Below are positions 34,005 through 44,148 of a stretch of DNA of 64,000 bases, piece by piece. The notes under the pieces are model-generated. The model saw only the letters and a program-made list of their open reading frames with translations. It ran no database searches and had not been told where the DNA came from. The stretch is from Patescibacteria group bacterium (GTDB lineage: Bacteria; Patescibacteriota; Minisyncoccia; Phycocordibacterales; JAKAEA01). A program made the translations under genes and the position numbers. The stretch is taken from assembly GCA_040387855.1 (NCBI GenBank), contig JAZKCY010000001.1:718922-782921 (forward strand). Reading direction: 5' to 3'. Numbering within the stretch: the first letter of the stretch is position 1; every line of letters begins with the position of its first letter.

Positions 34005-36611
34005 TTATTTGAAACTAATGTTGTCGAGAGTAAATGGCTTTGGCTTCACTCCGGTTTGACCTTGGAAAGCAATTCCAGTAATTAATTTGTTTGCTGCATT
34101 AAGTTCAGTAAGAGCAATGTCATATACTTTGTTTCCACTCAATCCCTTTGTCGCAATCACATTTCCATTTTCACCGTATACGAGAACCTGCATTGCAGCA
34201 GAATCAGCTGCCTGTCCAGTAATTTCAAAATGGAGAGTATTTTTTCCAATAGTACTGAATCCATTGCTATGGAGGAAAAATCCGGCCCATACAGAGTTGT
34301 GAGTTACGGCAATCTTATCAGTGAATGATGCAGTAGTATCCCATGACCAGTTTTCCCATCCAGCTGCCAATGCATTTTCAAATACATAGGTACTTGATGC
34401 AGGTGGTGGAGTTACTGTTCCGGTGGTTACAGCAATATCAAAGACATCAGCATTCCATGAGAACGCACCTTGCCAATTTTGATTGAAGAGTCCCACTGAT
34501 ACTTTATAGGTACCAGCTGTTGCAGGTGTAAAATTGTAGGTAAAGTGCTGAAGTTCATTCTGAGCAAAGAGTACGTTATCAGTAAATTTCTGACCAACCT
34601 GTACTCCATCTTTATATACTTCAATATCTACAAGACCTGTTCCTACCCCACCAGAATTTCTAACATCAACATTAATTGCAACGGGCTCACCTGCTTTTCC
34701 AGGAATTGGAGTCACAACAACATTTCCTAGCTCAAGCTTAAATGGAGTTTGAGTTGGTGGAGTCACTGGGGCTCGATTTTGAACATTAAATTTCAAAGCC
34801 TCATTTGTCCATTCATAAAGTCCTGCCCAGTTCTTTTGGAATAATCCAACAGTTACACGATAGTCTCCAATATTGTCTGGGAACCATGTGAAGACAAAAT
34901 CTTTAGTTCCATTAGTTGGAATTGTGACATCTTCAAGTACTTTTTGAGCTACTAGTTCTCCTGCAGTATTGTAGACTTCGATATCAACTATCATAGGATT
35001 GGCTGCTCCTGAGTTTGAAACAGTTGTTGTAATTATTGCATCACCACCAATATAGGTAGGCACAGGACTAACAACAGTCTTTACATGCTTTGGTACAATA
35101 TTATTTGCATCAGAAGGAGCTACTCGAATAACTAATTCTTGAGTATTTGTTCCACCCTTTCCATCATTTACCGTAAGACTTGCAGTATAGTTTCCGTTTG
35201 CAGCATAGGTATGTGCAGGATTTGCTAAAGTAGAATTTGTTCCATCACCAAAGTTCCATACATAGGTCAATGGATTTCCATCAGGATCTGATGATCCAGT
35301 ACTTGAAAAATTTACAACGAGCGGTGCTGCACCTGTAAGTGGAGTAGCGGTGATCTTTGCTATTGGAGCTCGGTTTGCTGTTGAATAACTGAGTCTTCGA
35401 AGCTTTCCGTCATAAATAGTTAGATAGTAAATTTTTCCATCTGGGCCAGTGATTATATCTACAGGTCCCATAGCATTGTCAAAAAACTTTTCTACAGATA
35501 CCAACGTATCATTTGGATTTACAACCATTCGATACATAGCATTTCCAGTTACATCAGCAAAAAAGTAATTTTGCATGTATTCAGTTGGATATACATTCTG
35601 TGTTGGGAATGATCCTCCTGTAATTGCGGCAGTTCCTGGACTGTGATCAAGAGCAAACAATGGATCAGTGTATCCAGTTACAGGACAATTGTATTCATCC
35701 TGCTTTATGAATCCTTCTCGGCATGGCCATCCATAGTTGGAGCCTCGCTTAACAACGTTAATTTCTTCAAAGAGTTTCCATCCCACTTCACCAGCGTAGA
35801 GAGCGCCAGTTGTTGGTCGGAAGTTAAATCGGAATGAATTTCTAAATCCGTACGCAAATACCTTTGAGCGGTTTGCATTTACATTACCATTATAAAATGG
35901 ATTGTCAGTAGGAGCTGTTCCATCAGTATTAATTCTCAAAACTTTTCCAGCAAGGTTATCAATATTCTGAGATTTCAATGCGCGTGGATCAACACTTTCA
36001 AAACCGGCTCCGTCACCGATAGTTGCATAGAGTTTTCCATCAGGACCAAATCGAAGTCCTCCTGCACTATGACTTGGAGAATCAGAGGGCATACAATCGG
36101 CATCAATTGGAAAATAATCACATGAAGGCTGAGCAGCAGTACCACTCACTTTTCCAACAATAACTACTTTACTTGATTCTGAAGCAACATCACCAATAAC
36201 TTTAATTCGCACAATTCGAGCTGTCTTTTGTGCCCAGATATCTGCAGGATTTGGTTCATAGGTATATGAGAGATATACATATCCATTTGTTGCAAACTGT
36301 GGATCAACTGCAATTCCCAAAATTCCGTGATCACTCACAGAGTTGATATCAGTAAGAGTAATAAGTGGAGTGGCTAGAATTGCTCCATTTTTATACACTT
36401 TCACTTTCCCCTCCTTTTCAGCAATAAATACACGTCCATCTGGAGTGAAGGCCATGGTTGTGGGTTTATCAAGGCCGGCTGCTAAGGTCTCGATCTGAAA
36501 TCCAGCAGGAATTTCGACTGCTGATACAGGTGTTGGAAGAACAACCGTACTAACAATCATTGCACTCAATGAGAGCAATGCTACTTTTAATAATGAATTC
36601 ATATGCGTCAA
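34005..36611 (-). CDS. large secreted protein: PQQ-dependent sugar dehydrogenase-like beta-propeller, PKD domain, two ~90-aa CARDB/Ig-like repeats, and a C-terminal beta-sandwich (carbohydrate-binding-like) domain
   Basis: The 868-aa product has the signal peptide 'MTHMNSLLKVALLSLSAMIVSTVVLPTPVSA'. Propeller motifs include 'FTPDGRVFIAEKEGKV', 'GILGIAVDP', 'RFGPDGKLY' and 'GPDGKIYY'. The PKD domain reads 'APLVVNFSSTGSSDPDGNPLTYVWNFGDG'. The repeats read 'VDIEVYNTAGE.../VDIEVYKDGVQ...'. Confidence 0.75.
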   Translation of the reverse strand: MTHMNSLLKVALLSLSAMIVSTVVLPTPVSAVEIPAGFQIETLAAGLDKPTTMAFTPDGRVFIAEKEGKVKVYKNGAILATPLITLTDINSVSDHGILGIAVDPQFATNGYVYLSYTYEPNPADIWAQKTARIVRIKVIGDVASESSKVVIVGKVSGTAAQPSCDYFPIDADCMPSDSPSHSAGGLRFGPDGKLYATIGDGAGFESVDPRALKSQNIDNLAGKVLRINTDGTAPTDNPFYNGNVNANRSKVFAYGFRNSFRFNFRPTTGALYAGEVGWKLFEEINVVKRGSNYGWPCREGFIKQDEYNCPVTGYTDPLFALDHSPGTAAITGGSFPTQNVYPTEYMQNYFFADVTGNAMYRMVVNPNDTLVSVEKFFDNAMGPVDIITGPDGKIYYLTIYDGKLRRLSYSTANRAPIAKITATPLTGAAPLVVNFSSTGSSDPDGNPLTYVWNFGDGTNSTLANPAHTYAANGNYTASLTVNDGKGGTNTQELVIRVAPSDANNIVPKHVKTVVSPVPTYIGGDAIITTTVSNSGAANPMIVDIEVYNTAGELVAQKVLEDVTIPTNGTKDFVFTWFPDNIGDYRVTVGLFQKNWAGLYEWTNEALKFNVQNRAPVTPPTQTPFKLELGNVVVTPIPGKAGEPVAINVDVRNSGGVGTGLVDIEVYKDGVQVGQKFTDNVLFAQNELQHFTYNFTPATAGTYKVSVGLFNQNWQGAFSWNADVFDIAVTTGTVTPPPASSTYVFENALAAGWENWSWDTTASFTDKIAVTHNSVWAGFFLHSNGFSTIGKNTLHFEITGQAADSAAMQVLVYGENGNVIATKGLSGNKVYDIALTELNAANKLITGIAFQGQTGVKPKPFTLDNISFK
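34409..34994. repeat. two tandem ~290-bp intragenic repeats (Ig/CARDB-like modules)
   Basis: The protein repeats 'VDIEVY...TVGLFQKNWAGLYEW' and 'VDIEVY...SVGLFNQNWQGAFSW' map here. Confidence 0.55.
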
Positions 36612-36777
36612 TACTAATGATTTTATAAATAAAAGAAACAGGAGAAGTTCATTTTCTGCCTTAATCTTGGTTTAACGTACTATATACTGAATAAGACGCA
36701 AAAATACCCCTGAGCTTACATACACTATATATAATATATACAAAACCCAGCATAGAGTATGCTGGGTTTTGCCAGGG

Positions 36778-36851
36778 TGACCCCACCGGGATTTGAACCC
36801 GGATTACAAGCTTGAAAAGCTCGTGTCCTAACCAGGTTAGACGATGGGGCC
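36778..36851 (-). tRNA. tRNA-Glu (anticodon TTC)
   Basis: Reverse-strand cloverleaf. Acceptor ggcccca/tggggtc; anticodon stem cgagc/gcttg with loop ttTTCaa; T-arm ccggg-ttcaaat-cccgg. A hairpin plus T-run terminator lies downstream at about 36744-36774 on the minus strand. Confidence 0.8.
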
Positions 36852-36947
36852 AGTTAAAGCTCAGATGAGCCGTGGAAAGAATATAACATTTTTTGAGAAA
36901 AAAGCAAAAAGTGTTAATCTAGGCCATATACAACGATAATAAATTCT

Positions 36948-37034
36948 GGAGGAGTGGCTGAGAGGTTGAAGGCACCGCATTCGAAACGCGGCATGGGGTA
37001 AAACTCATCGAGGGTTCAAATCCCTCCTCCTCCG
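36948..37034 (+). tRNA. tRNA-Ser (anticodon CGA), type II
   Basis: 'GGAGGAGTGGCTGAGAGGTTGAAGGC' is a Ser-type D-arm. The anticodon loop is ttCGAaa. There is a long variable arm. T-arm gaggg-ttcaaat-ccctc. G73 discriminator. Confidence 0.8.
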
Positions 37035-37046
37035 CTGTATAATGGG

Positions 37047-37496
37047 GTGATAGCAAGATACATCATGAACGAAGAACAGTGCGCAGGTGGAATAATATTT
37101 AATCCCTCACACGAGGTATTAGTGGTCTGCAACAAAGGCCTTACCTGGTCGTTCCCTAAAGGTCATATTGAAAACGGAGAAGATATTGTGACTGCGGCAT
37201 TCCGTGAAATAAAAGAAGAAACTGGGTTAGACAAAGCCGATCTTACACTTATTAAATCTGTCCCTTCCTATTCCCGCCCAACATTTGATCCTGAACGAGG
37301 CTATGACCATGATCGCAATAAAACGATCCATCTATTTATTTTTAAAGCTTCACGAACTGATGTGAAACCTATCGACCCAGATAATACGGATGCTCGCTGG
37401 GTTGAACCTCGTGTTGCTGAATATATATTAAGTAATCCAGGAGATATCTTAGTTTTCAAAAAGGCTCTGAGTGAGTTGCCTGAAATCTTTTCATAG
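37047..37496 (+). CDS. NUDIX hydrolase
   Basis: Nudix box 'GHIENGEDIVTAAFREIKEETGL'. The product is 149 aa; the start may be the Met at 37065. Confidence 0.8.
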   Translation: MIARYIMNEEQCAGGIIFNPSHEVLVVCNKGLTWSFPKGHIENGEDIVTAAFREIKEETGLDKADLTLIKSVPSYSRPTFDPERGYDHDRNKTIHLFIFKASRTDVKPIDPDNTDARWVEPRVAEYILSNPGDILVFKKALSELPEIFS

Positions 37497-37524
37497 TATC
37501 TTTTGTGTGATTAAATGACCCTAC

Positions 37525-37597
37525 GGGCGGTTAGCTCAGTTGGTAGAGCGCAACATTGACGTTGTTGATGTCAGAGGTTCGAATCCTCTACCGCCCA
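37525..37597 (+). tRNA. tRNA-Val (anticodon GAC)
   Basis: Acceptor gggcggt/accgccc; anticodon stem caaca/tgttg with loop ttGACgt; T-arm agagg-ttcgaat-cctct; discriminator A. Confidence 0.85.
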
Positions 37598-37686
37598 CAA
37601 AATCTGTATTTGACTTATTTAATAATCTATTGTATTTTACTCCCAGTCTTGAACATCCTCGCAATGAATGAAAGGTAGGTACAACC

Positions 37687-38424
37687 ATGTCAGAACTACA
37701 ATTGTGGGAGTGGGCGCAAAAAAATAAGGCGCCCACAAATCCCTCCCCGCTTTACGAAGCAGTGCTCATCGCCACGGTGAAGCTGCCCGACGGACTTGGG
37801 GGGCTCTGCTTCGGAGTCATGCTAGCTAGTCGTGCCAACAACGGTGGTTCGATTACCACCTGCGCCCAAACGTTCCCAGAGGGCGAAAGTTACCAATACG
37901 CCTATGCTCGTATCTGGGAGCAAGTCCCGAAGGACGGGATAATGCTCCGTCCGATCAACAAGATCGTGCCGGCAACAACAACCACGCGGGGACCGAACAC
38001 GGGCCGCCTGCAGGTGCGTGAGTTCTTCGACGGACCGATTGAGCAGGTAGATTTAGCCGTTGCAACGGGAACTGATCGCGGAGGATTGGTTTCCGTGAAC
38101 GGATTCTCCCGCATTCCGCGATTCGAGCGGTGCGACATCGGTCTGTTTAAGGACATGCAGACCAATCCACAAACGGCACTCAACCTGGTAACGGGAAAGC
38201 GAGTGCCCTACGTGGGTCAGAGCGAGTTACAGCATGGATTCGTCACCCGTGCACTTGCCACACCATTCGAGGTTGCTCATCAAGGGGTTCCCTACCTCTA
38301 CGATGACGGATTGATTAGCATTTCAAAGGGCGAAGCATCGGTTGATCTACCAGCTGCTGGAAATCAACCTGCCCAAACGGTTTCGCTCACTGTCGGTGTA
38401 GCATTCGCTCCCGGCATTCGATAA
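37687..38424 (+). CDS. hypothetical protein (245 aa) encoded on a high-GC insert immediately 3' of tRNA-Val
   Basis: GC is about 55-57%, against about 38% in the flanks. The product 'MSELQLWEWAQKNKAPTNPSPLYEAVLIATVKLPDGLGG...' has no signal peptide, no TM helix and no family I can recognise. A terminator hairpin (accac-gtaaca-gtggt-ttttttt) follows at about 38431-38455. Confidence 0.5.
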   Translation: MSELQLWEWAQKNKAPTNPSPLYEAVLIATVKLPDGLGGLCFGVMLASRANNGGSITTCAQTFPEGESYQYAYARIWEQVPKDGIMLRPINKIVPATTTTRGPNTGRLQVREFFDGPIEQVDLAVATGTDRGGLVSVNGFSRIPRFERCDIGLFKDMQTNPQTALNLVTGKRVPYVGQSELQHGFVTRALATPFEVAHQGVPYLYDDGLISISKGEASVDLPAAGNQPAQTVSLTVGVAFAPGIR

Positions 38425-38490
38425 TGCCCACCACGTAACAGTGGTTTTTTTATACTAAAATGAGATACTAACCAGTATTACATCATCTCA

Positions 38491-39609
38491 ATGTTTTCTA
38501 CTCCGCAAAAATACCTAAAAAAAATTCCAGCTGAACTCTGGTACATTCTGAAGCTATTTATTTTCTCACGAATTATTCTAAGTGTTCTTGGTTTTATTGC
38601 AGTAAAAACACTTACTATTCCGGAAGCAGCTTGGCGTTCAGAATATACGAGCAACGCACTTCTTAAAATTTGGGCAGTATGGGATAGCAAATGGTATTTG
38701 GATATTGCTCAACATGGGTATTCTGCAGTACTTCCTTTTAATTCATATCTAGAATCAAACTATGCGTTCTTCCCTCTCTACTCTCTCTGTATCAAATTAG
38801 TATCTTTCCTAACTCAAAATATTTTCATTGCCGGATTAGTAGTTTCAAATGTCTGTTTTATTGCAGCCGCATGGGTTTTTTATAAACTCATAAAATTAGA
38901 TTATTCAGAACAAGTTACAAAGAGATCTTTAAAATATTTATTTTTACTTCCAGCTGCATTTGTATTTTCTGGAATATTTGCAGAATCACTTTTTCTTCTT
39001 TTAGCATTACTCTGTTTTTATAATGCGCGAAAAAACAAGTGGCTTTGGGTTGGAATCTTTGGAATCCTTTTGGGACTTACAAAACCTTTTGCAATACTAA
39101 TTATTCCTGCACTTATTATTATCTATGGAAAACAAATTAAGCTTTCTGCATTAGCTCTATTCTCTCCTCTCATTGGAATAGTGCTTTATGGCTTTTACAC
39201 TCTTAAAGAAGTTGGTGACTTCTTTGCTTATTCACATTTACAACAGCACTCATGGGGGCATTCATATAGTGATCCTCTTACTACCGCATTTGTAGCACTC
39301 ATAAAAGGGAACATCCATGACAAGATATCCTTACTATTTGTAGCTCTTGCTATTGCATTATGTGTATTTAGCTACAAAAAAATAAAGCTCGAATATTTTG
39401 TGTTTACTGTGCTTTTATTATTATTTAACCCATTAACAGGAACATTCGCAGGATCGTTGCGCTACATGATAGTAGGATTCCCTCTTGCCCTTATGCTTGC
39501 AGTCAGCTCAGAAGAATTAGAAAAACATGAATTTCTCGCTATAGCTTTAGCTCTCCTTCAAGGAGGTCTTATGATACTATGGGTGCATAGTATTTGGTTG
39601 CTCGTGTAA
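38491..39609 (+). CDS. GT-C-fold integral membrane glycosyl(mannosyl)transferase-like protein (PIG-V/DUF2029-like)
   Basis: The 372-aa product has about 10 TM helices. Loop-1 carries 'AVWDSKWYLDIAQHGY', which matches the 'WD.gWYl.IAe.GY' motif of PIG-V/DUF2029-type GT-C enzymes. Confidence 0.55.
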   Translation: MFSTPQKYLKKIPAELWYILKLFIFSRIILSVLGFIAVKTLTIPEAAWRSEYTSNALLKIWAVWDSKWYLDIAQHGYSAVLPFNSYLESNYAFFPLYSLCIKLVSFLTQNIFIAGLVVSNVCFIAAAWVFYKLIKLDYSEQVTKRSLKYLFLLPAAFVFSGIFAESLFLLLALLCFYNARKNKWLWVGIFGILLGLTKPFAILIIPALIIIYGKQIKLSALALFSPLIGIVLYGFYTLKEVGDFFAYSHLQQHSWGHSYSDPLTTAFVALIKGNIHDKISLLFVALAIALCVFSYKKIKLEYFVFTVLLLLFNPLTGTFAGSLRYMIVGFPLALMLAVSSEELEKHEFLAIALALLQGGLMILWVHSIWLLV

Positions 39610-39633
39610 TATTTACTTCATAGAACAAACTAT

Positions 39634-40083
39634 ATGCAAGAGAAAAAAAGAGTTGGAGCTGGTTTTGGAGTCATTATTTTAAATAAAGACGGAAAAATTT
39701 TGCTCGGCAAACGACATCCTGATCCAGATAAAGCAGACTCTGCATTTAGAAGCGCTGGTGAGTGGTCACTTCCTGGTGGCAAACTTGATTGGGGTGAATC
39801 ATTTGAAACTGGTGCCATTCGTGAAGTTAAAGAAGAAACTGACATTGATATTACAAATCCCGAAGTGATTTCTGTGCACAATTGCCGTAATGAGCATGCC
39901 CACTTTATGACCGTAGGACTCATAGCACGAGAATGGACTGGTGAAGCAAAAGTTATGGAGCCTGATGAAATGGTAGAATGGGGCTGGTTTGATCTTTCAG
40001 ATTTACCGCAACCACGATACTTCCCTAGTTTTATGGTCATAGAAAATTATCTTCAAAAAAAGTTTTATATTAAACAAGATTAA
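39634..40083 (+). CDS. NUDIX hydrolase (second copy)
   Basis: Nudix box 'GGKLDWGESFETGAIREVKEETDI'; 149 aa. Confidence 0.8.
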   Translation: MQEKKRVGAGFGVIILNKDGKILLGKRHPDPDKADSAFRSAGEWSLPGGKLDWGESFETGAIREVKEETDIDITNPEVISVHNCRNEHAHFMTVGLIAREWTGEAKVMEPDEMVEWGWFDLSDLPQPRYFPSFMVIENYLQKKFYIKQD

Positions 40084-40098
40084 GCACAAAATTACGTA

Positions 40099-41274
40099 AT
40101 GAAAATTCTCGGCATTGAAACAAGTTGTGATGAAACAGCAGTCTGCATTATAGAAGCAGATGGTCGTTTGGATGCACCTCAATTCACTATTAAAGGTGAT
40201 GCTCTTTTTTCGCAAGCAAAAATGCATGCAGAATTTGGCGGCGTGTATCCTACATTGGCAAAACGCGAACATGCAAAAAATTTAGTTCCACTTTTGAAAA
40301 AGGCTCTTGAAGATGCAAAGCTCGCACTTCCAGCTCCTATACTTCTTGATCCTGAATTTGAAACAAAGCTTCAAACAATGCTAGAACGAGAGACTGGTTT
40401 ATACGATGCGGTAAAAGAATTGATTACAACCTATCAAAAACCACCTATTGATCTTATTGCTGTTACAACAGGTCCGGGATTAGAACCAGCACTTTGGGTT
40501 GGTATCGCTTTTGCAAAGGCACTAAGCCTTGCATGGAATATCCCACTTCGAGCTACCAATCACATGGAAGGACATATTGTCTCACCACTTTTAGAACCAA
40601 AAACTAAAGTAGAATTCCCCGCTGTCGCATTACTTATTTCTGGAGGTCATACTGAGCTTGTAGCGGCACGCGGTTGGATGGATTATATGATCCTAGGAAA
40701 AACACGAGACGATGCTGTGGGAGAAGCATTTGATAAGACCGCACGACTTCTCAATTTGCCGTATCCTGGAGGTCCGGAAATTTCTCGACTAGCACAAGAA
40801 GGACGCCTACGAAAAATAAAACCCCAATGGCCACTTCCACGACCTATGATTAGTACAGACAATTTAGATTTCTCTTTTTCAGGAATAAAAACTGCAGTTC
40901 TCTATCTCACTCAGAAACTTCATAGTATGCCTGAGTACTCATATTCATCAGATCTTAGCCCAGAAATTAAAATGGAAATTGCTTTAGAATTTGAAAATGC
41001 AGTAACTGATGTGCTTATTGCAAAAGCTCGAACAGTACTCAACACATATGAAGTTAAAACACTTATCCTTGGAGGAGGCGTGGTAGCTAACTCTTTTATT
41101 CGTGAATCATTTAAGAATTTAGTAAAAGAATTTCCTGAAACAAAACTTTTGATTCCAAATATTACCCATGCAACTGATAATGCGCTTATGATCGCTGCTG
41201 CAGGATATTTAAACTATCTCAAAAACGGACCTACAACTGAAGAACTTAAAGCTGAAGGAAATTTAAGTTTGTAA
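40099..41274 (+). CDS. tsaD: tRNA N6-adenosine threonylcarbamoyltransferase (Kae1/TsaD family)
   Basis: 'ILGIETSCDETAVCIIE', the metal-binding 'HMEGHI', and 'LISGGHTEL' are present. Confidence 0.88.
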   Translation: MKILGIETSCDETAVCIIEADGRLDAPQFTIKGDALFSQAKMHAEFGGVYPTLAKREHAKNLVPLLKKALEDAKLALPAPILLDPEFETKLQTMLERETGLYDAVKELITTYQKPPIDLIAVTTGPGLEPALWVGIAFAKALSLAWNIPLRATNHMEGHIVSPLLEPKTKVEFPAVALLISGGHTELVAARGWMDYMILGKTRDDAVGEAFDKTARLLNLPYPGGPEISRLAQEGRLRKIKPQWPLPRPMISTDNLDFSFSGIKTAVLYLTQKLHSMPEYSYSSDLSPEIKMEIALEFENAVTDVLIAKARTVLNTYEVKTLILGGGVVANSFIRESFKNLVKEFPETKLLIPNITHATDNALMIAAAGYLNYLKNGPTTEELKAEGNLSL

Positions 41275-41321
41275 GCCTCAGTCTCTAGAATTATAGCCCT
41301 GCTTCTGCTATACTCACTTTT

Positions 41322-43457
41322 ATGAACGACAAGTTTTTACAGCCCTACAATCCTCAGGAAACCGAGGACCGAATTTATAAAAAATGGGAAGATTCAGGAT
41401 ATTTTAATCCCGATAATTTGCCAGGTGATCGAAAGGAGACATTTACTGTTGTGCTCCCTCCTCCAAACGTAACCGGAGTGCTACATATTGGTCATGCCTA
41501 TGAAGACACGCTTCAAGATGCAGTAATTCGATTTCAGAGAATGCGAGGTAAAAAAGCATTGTGGATTCCTGGTACTGACTCTGCTGCAATTGCGACTCAA
41601 GCACGAGTGGAAAAAAACATTCAAAAAGACGAAGGTAAATCTCGTCATGATCTTGGTCGTGAAGAACTAGTAAAAAGAGTTAATGAATTTGCCAAGCAAA
41701 GTGAAAACACTATCTTAAGCCAGGTACGGAAAATGGGATCATCACTTGATTGGTCTCGCTATGCATATACTCTTGATGAAAAGCGAAACAAATCGGTAAT
41801 GACTGCATTTGTAAACATGTACAATGCTGGACTAATTTATCAAGGAGGACGAATTGTAAACTGGGATCCAAAAGGCCAGACAACTATTTCAGATGATGAA
41901 ATTGTGTATCAGGAAGAAAAAACGAAATTCTATCATTTTAAGTATGGACCTTTTGAAATAGGTACCGCACGACCTGAAACAAAGTTTGGAGACAAATATG
42001 TAGTGATGCATCCTGATGATACTCGCTATGCAAACTATATTCATGGACAGAAAATAGATCTTGAGTGGATCAACGGGCCTATAACAGCAACTATTATCAA
42101 AGATACTGCAATTGATATGGAATTTGGTACTGGAGTTATGACAATTACTCCTTGGCATAGTGCTGTCGACTTTGAAATCGCTGAACGACACAATTTAGAT
42201 AAAGAGCAGATTATTGATAAGTACGGAAAACTACTTACAACAGAAACCATTGGTGAATTTGGTGGCATAAAAATTACCGAAGCTCGACAAAAAATTGTCG
42301 AAAAGCTTCGAGCAAAAGGTTTGGTTACTAAAGAAGAAGATTATGTCCACAATATAGCGACATCAGAACGAACAGGTGCAACTATTGAACCTCAAATCAT
42401 GAAACAATGGTGGGTTGGTGTTGATAAAGAATTTACACAACACGGAAAGACAACTACGCTTAAGGAAATAATGCGTAAAGCAGTTGAAAGTGGTGAAGTT
42501 TCAATGCCTCAAGAACGATTTAGCAAATCATACTTCCATTGGATAAATAATCTTCACGACTGGTGTATCTCTCGACAAATTTGGTTTGGACATAGAATTC
42601 CAGTTTGGTATAAAAATTCAGAGATCTATTGTGGACTTGAAGCACCTCAAGGAGATGGCTGGGAACAAGAAGCAGATGTACTTGATACATGGTTCTCTTC
42701 TGCTCTTTGGACATTCTCAACTCTCGGTTGGCCAGAAAAAACTAAAGATCTGGAAACATTTCATCCCACGGCATTTATGTCCCCTGCCTATGAAATTCTT
42801 AATCTCTGGGTATCACGAATGATTATGATGAGTGGTTTTCATCTCAATCAAGTTCCCTTTAAGACAGTACTTATTCACGGATTAGTTCGAGATAAGCAAG
42901 GACGAAAATTTAGTAAATCACTCAACAACGGAGTAGATCCTTTAGACATGGTTGCAAAGTATGGTGCTGATGCATTGCGTATGGGTCTTATGGTAGGTAC
43001 AGCTATTGGTAATGATATTCAGTTTGATGAGAGTAAAGTTAAGGGTTATAAAAACTTCGCAAATAAACTTTGGAATATTACTAGATTCATTCTCACATCA
43101 GATCCAAAAGAAACATCTGATGCACTCTTACCTATTGATCAAGCACATCTTGATGCATTAAACATTGTAATAGCTGATGTGACAAAAGACTTTGAAGAAT
43201 ACCGCCTCTACATGGCTGCAGAAAAAATCTATCACTATATATGGGATGAATTGGCAGATAAAATAATCGAAGAATCAAAACCAATCTTAGCTGGTGAAGA
43301 TGCTGTTGCAAAAACATCACGACAAAATCTACTCCTTAGATTACTAAAAATAAATGTGAAAGCACTTCATCCTTTTATGCCATTTGTTACTGAAGAGATC
43401 TGGAGTATGTTACCAAATACTGATACTATGTTAATGATCGAAGATTGGCCAGTCTAA
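41322..43457 (+). CDS. valS: valyl-tRNA synthetase (compact form)
   Basis: Class I aaRS with 'PPPNVTGVLHIGHAYE', 'GTDSAAIATQARVEK' and KMSKS as 'KFSKSLNNGVDP'. The 711-aa length is short for ValRS. Confidence 0.8.
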   Translation: MNDKFLQPYNPQETEDRIYKKWEDSGYFNPDNLPGDRKETFTVVLPPPNVTGVLHIGHAYEDTLQDAVIRFQRMRGKKALWIPGTDSAAIATQARVEKNIQKDEGKSRHDLGREELVKRVNEFAKQSENTILSQVRKMGSSLDWSRYAYTLDEKRNKSVMTAFVNMYNAGLIYQGGRIVNWDPKGQTTISDDEIVYQEEKTKFYHFKYGPFEIGTARPETKFGDKYVVMHPDDTRYANYIHGQKIDLEWINGPITATIIKDTAIDMEFGTGVMTITPWHSAVDFEIAERHNLDKEQIIDKYGKLLTTETIGEFGGIKITEARQKIVEKLRAKGLVTKEEDYVHNIATSERTGATIEPQIMKQWWVGVDKEFTQHGKTTTLKEIMRKAVESGEVSMPQERFSKSYFHWINNLHDWCISRQIWFGHRIPVWYKNSEIYCGLEAPQGDGWEQEADVLDTWFSSALWTFSTLGWPEKTKDLETFHPTAFMSPAYEILNLWVSRMIMMSGFHLNQVPFKTVLIHGLVRDKQGRKFSKSLNNGVDPLDMVAKYGADALRMGLMVGTAIGNDIQFDESKVKGYKNFANKLWNITRFILTSDPKETSDALLPIDQAHLDALNIVIADVTKDFEEYRLYMAAEKIYHYIWDELADKIIEESKPILAGEDAVAKTSRQNLLLRLLKINVKALHPFMPFVTEEIWSMLPNTDTMLMIEDWPV

Positions 43458-43458
43458 T

Positions 43459-44142
43459 ATGTACACAGCATTTGTTATTTCATTTTTTAGTGGACTCCTA
43501 CCAGTACTTTTTTGGCTGTGGTTTTTTGACCATGAAGATAAACATCCTGAACCAAAACGCAGAGTCATAAAAGTTTTCTGTGCAGGTATGGTTGTCGTTC
43601 TTATTGTTATTCCATTTGAAAAGCTTGTAGTAGATTATGTAAGTGACACAACATCAATGATTGTCTTATGGGCATTTATTGAAGAGATTGCAAAATTTGC
43701 TGCAGCATATATATTTGCACTTCGGAGTCGTGATAATGACGAGCCAATAGATGCCATAATGTATCTAATTACTGCAGCGCTCGGTTTCGCCGCTCTTGAA
43801 AATATGCTCTTTTTGTTGAACCCATTACTTGAAGGAAATGTGCAGGAAGCAATTATCACTGGTAACTTTAGATTTATAGGAGCAACACTACTCCATATAA
43901 CAGCATCAAGTATGATCGGTGTTGCTATGGCATTTACATTCTATGCAGATGAATCTCGTAAGCGATTGTATATGGCAGCTGGGATAATCGGAGCTATTGC
44001 ATTGCATACCGCATTTAATTTGTCTATAATAGGAAGCGACGGAAATAAAGCAATATATGCTTTTTATACAGTATGGGTAGCCCTGGTTGTACTTCTCCTC
44101 TCGTTTGAAAAGGTAAAACAAATTAAGAAACCAATAGATTAA
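43459..44142 (+). CDS. PrsW-family intramembrane metalloprotease-like protein
   Basis: The 227-aa product has 6-7 TM helices and the PrsW motifs 'EEIAKF' (EExxK) and 'FRFIGATLLHITAS' (FxxxH). Confidence 0.55.
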   Translation: MYTAFVISFFSGLLPVLFWLWFFDHEDKHPEPKRRVIKVFCAGMVVVLIVIPFEKLVVDYVSDTTSMIVLWAFIEEIAKFAAAYIFALRSRDNDEPIDAIMYLITAALGFAALENMLFLLNPLLEGNVQEAIITGNFRFIGATLLHITASSMIGVAMAFTFYADESRKRLYMAAGIIGAIALHTAFNLSIIGSDGNKAIYAFYTVWVALVVLLLSFEKVKQIKKPID

Positions 44143-44148
44143 ATTAAT

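Noticed and set aside
37536-37736. 66-aa ORF on the minus strand
   Set aside because: It lies across tRNA-Val(GAC). Spurious.
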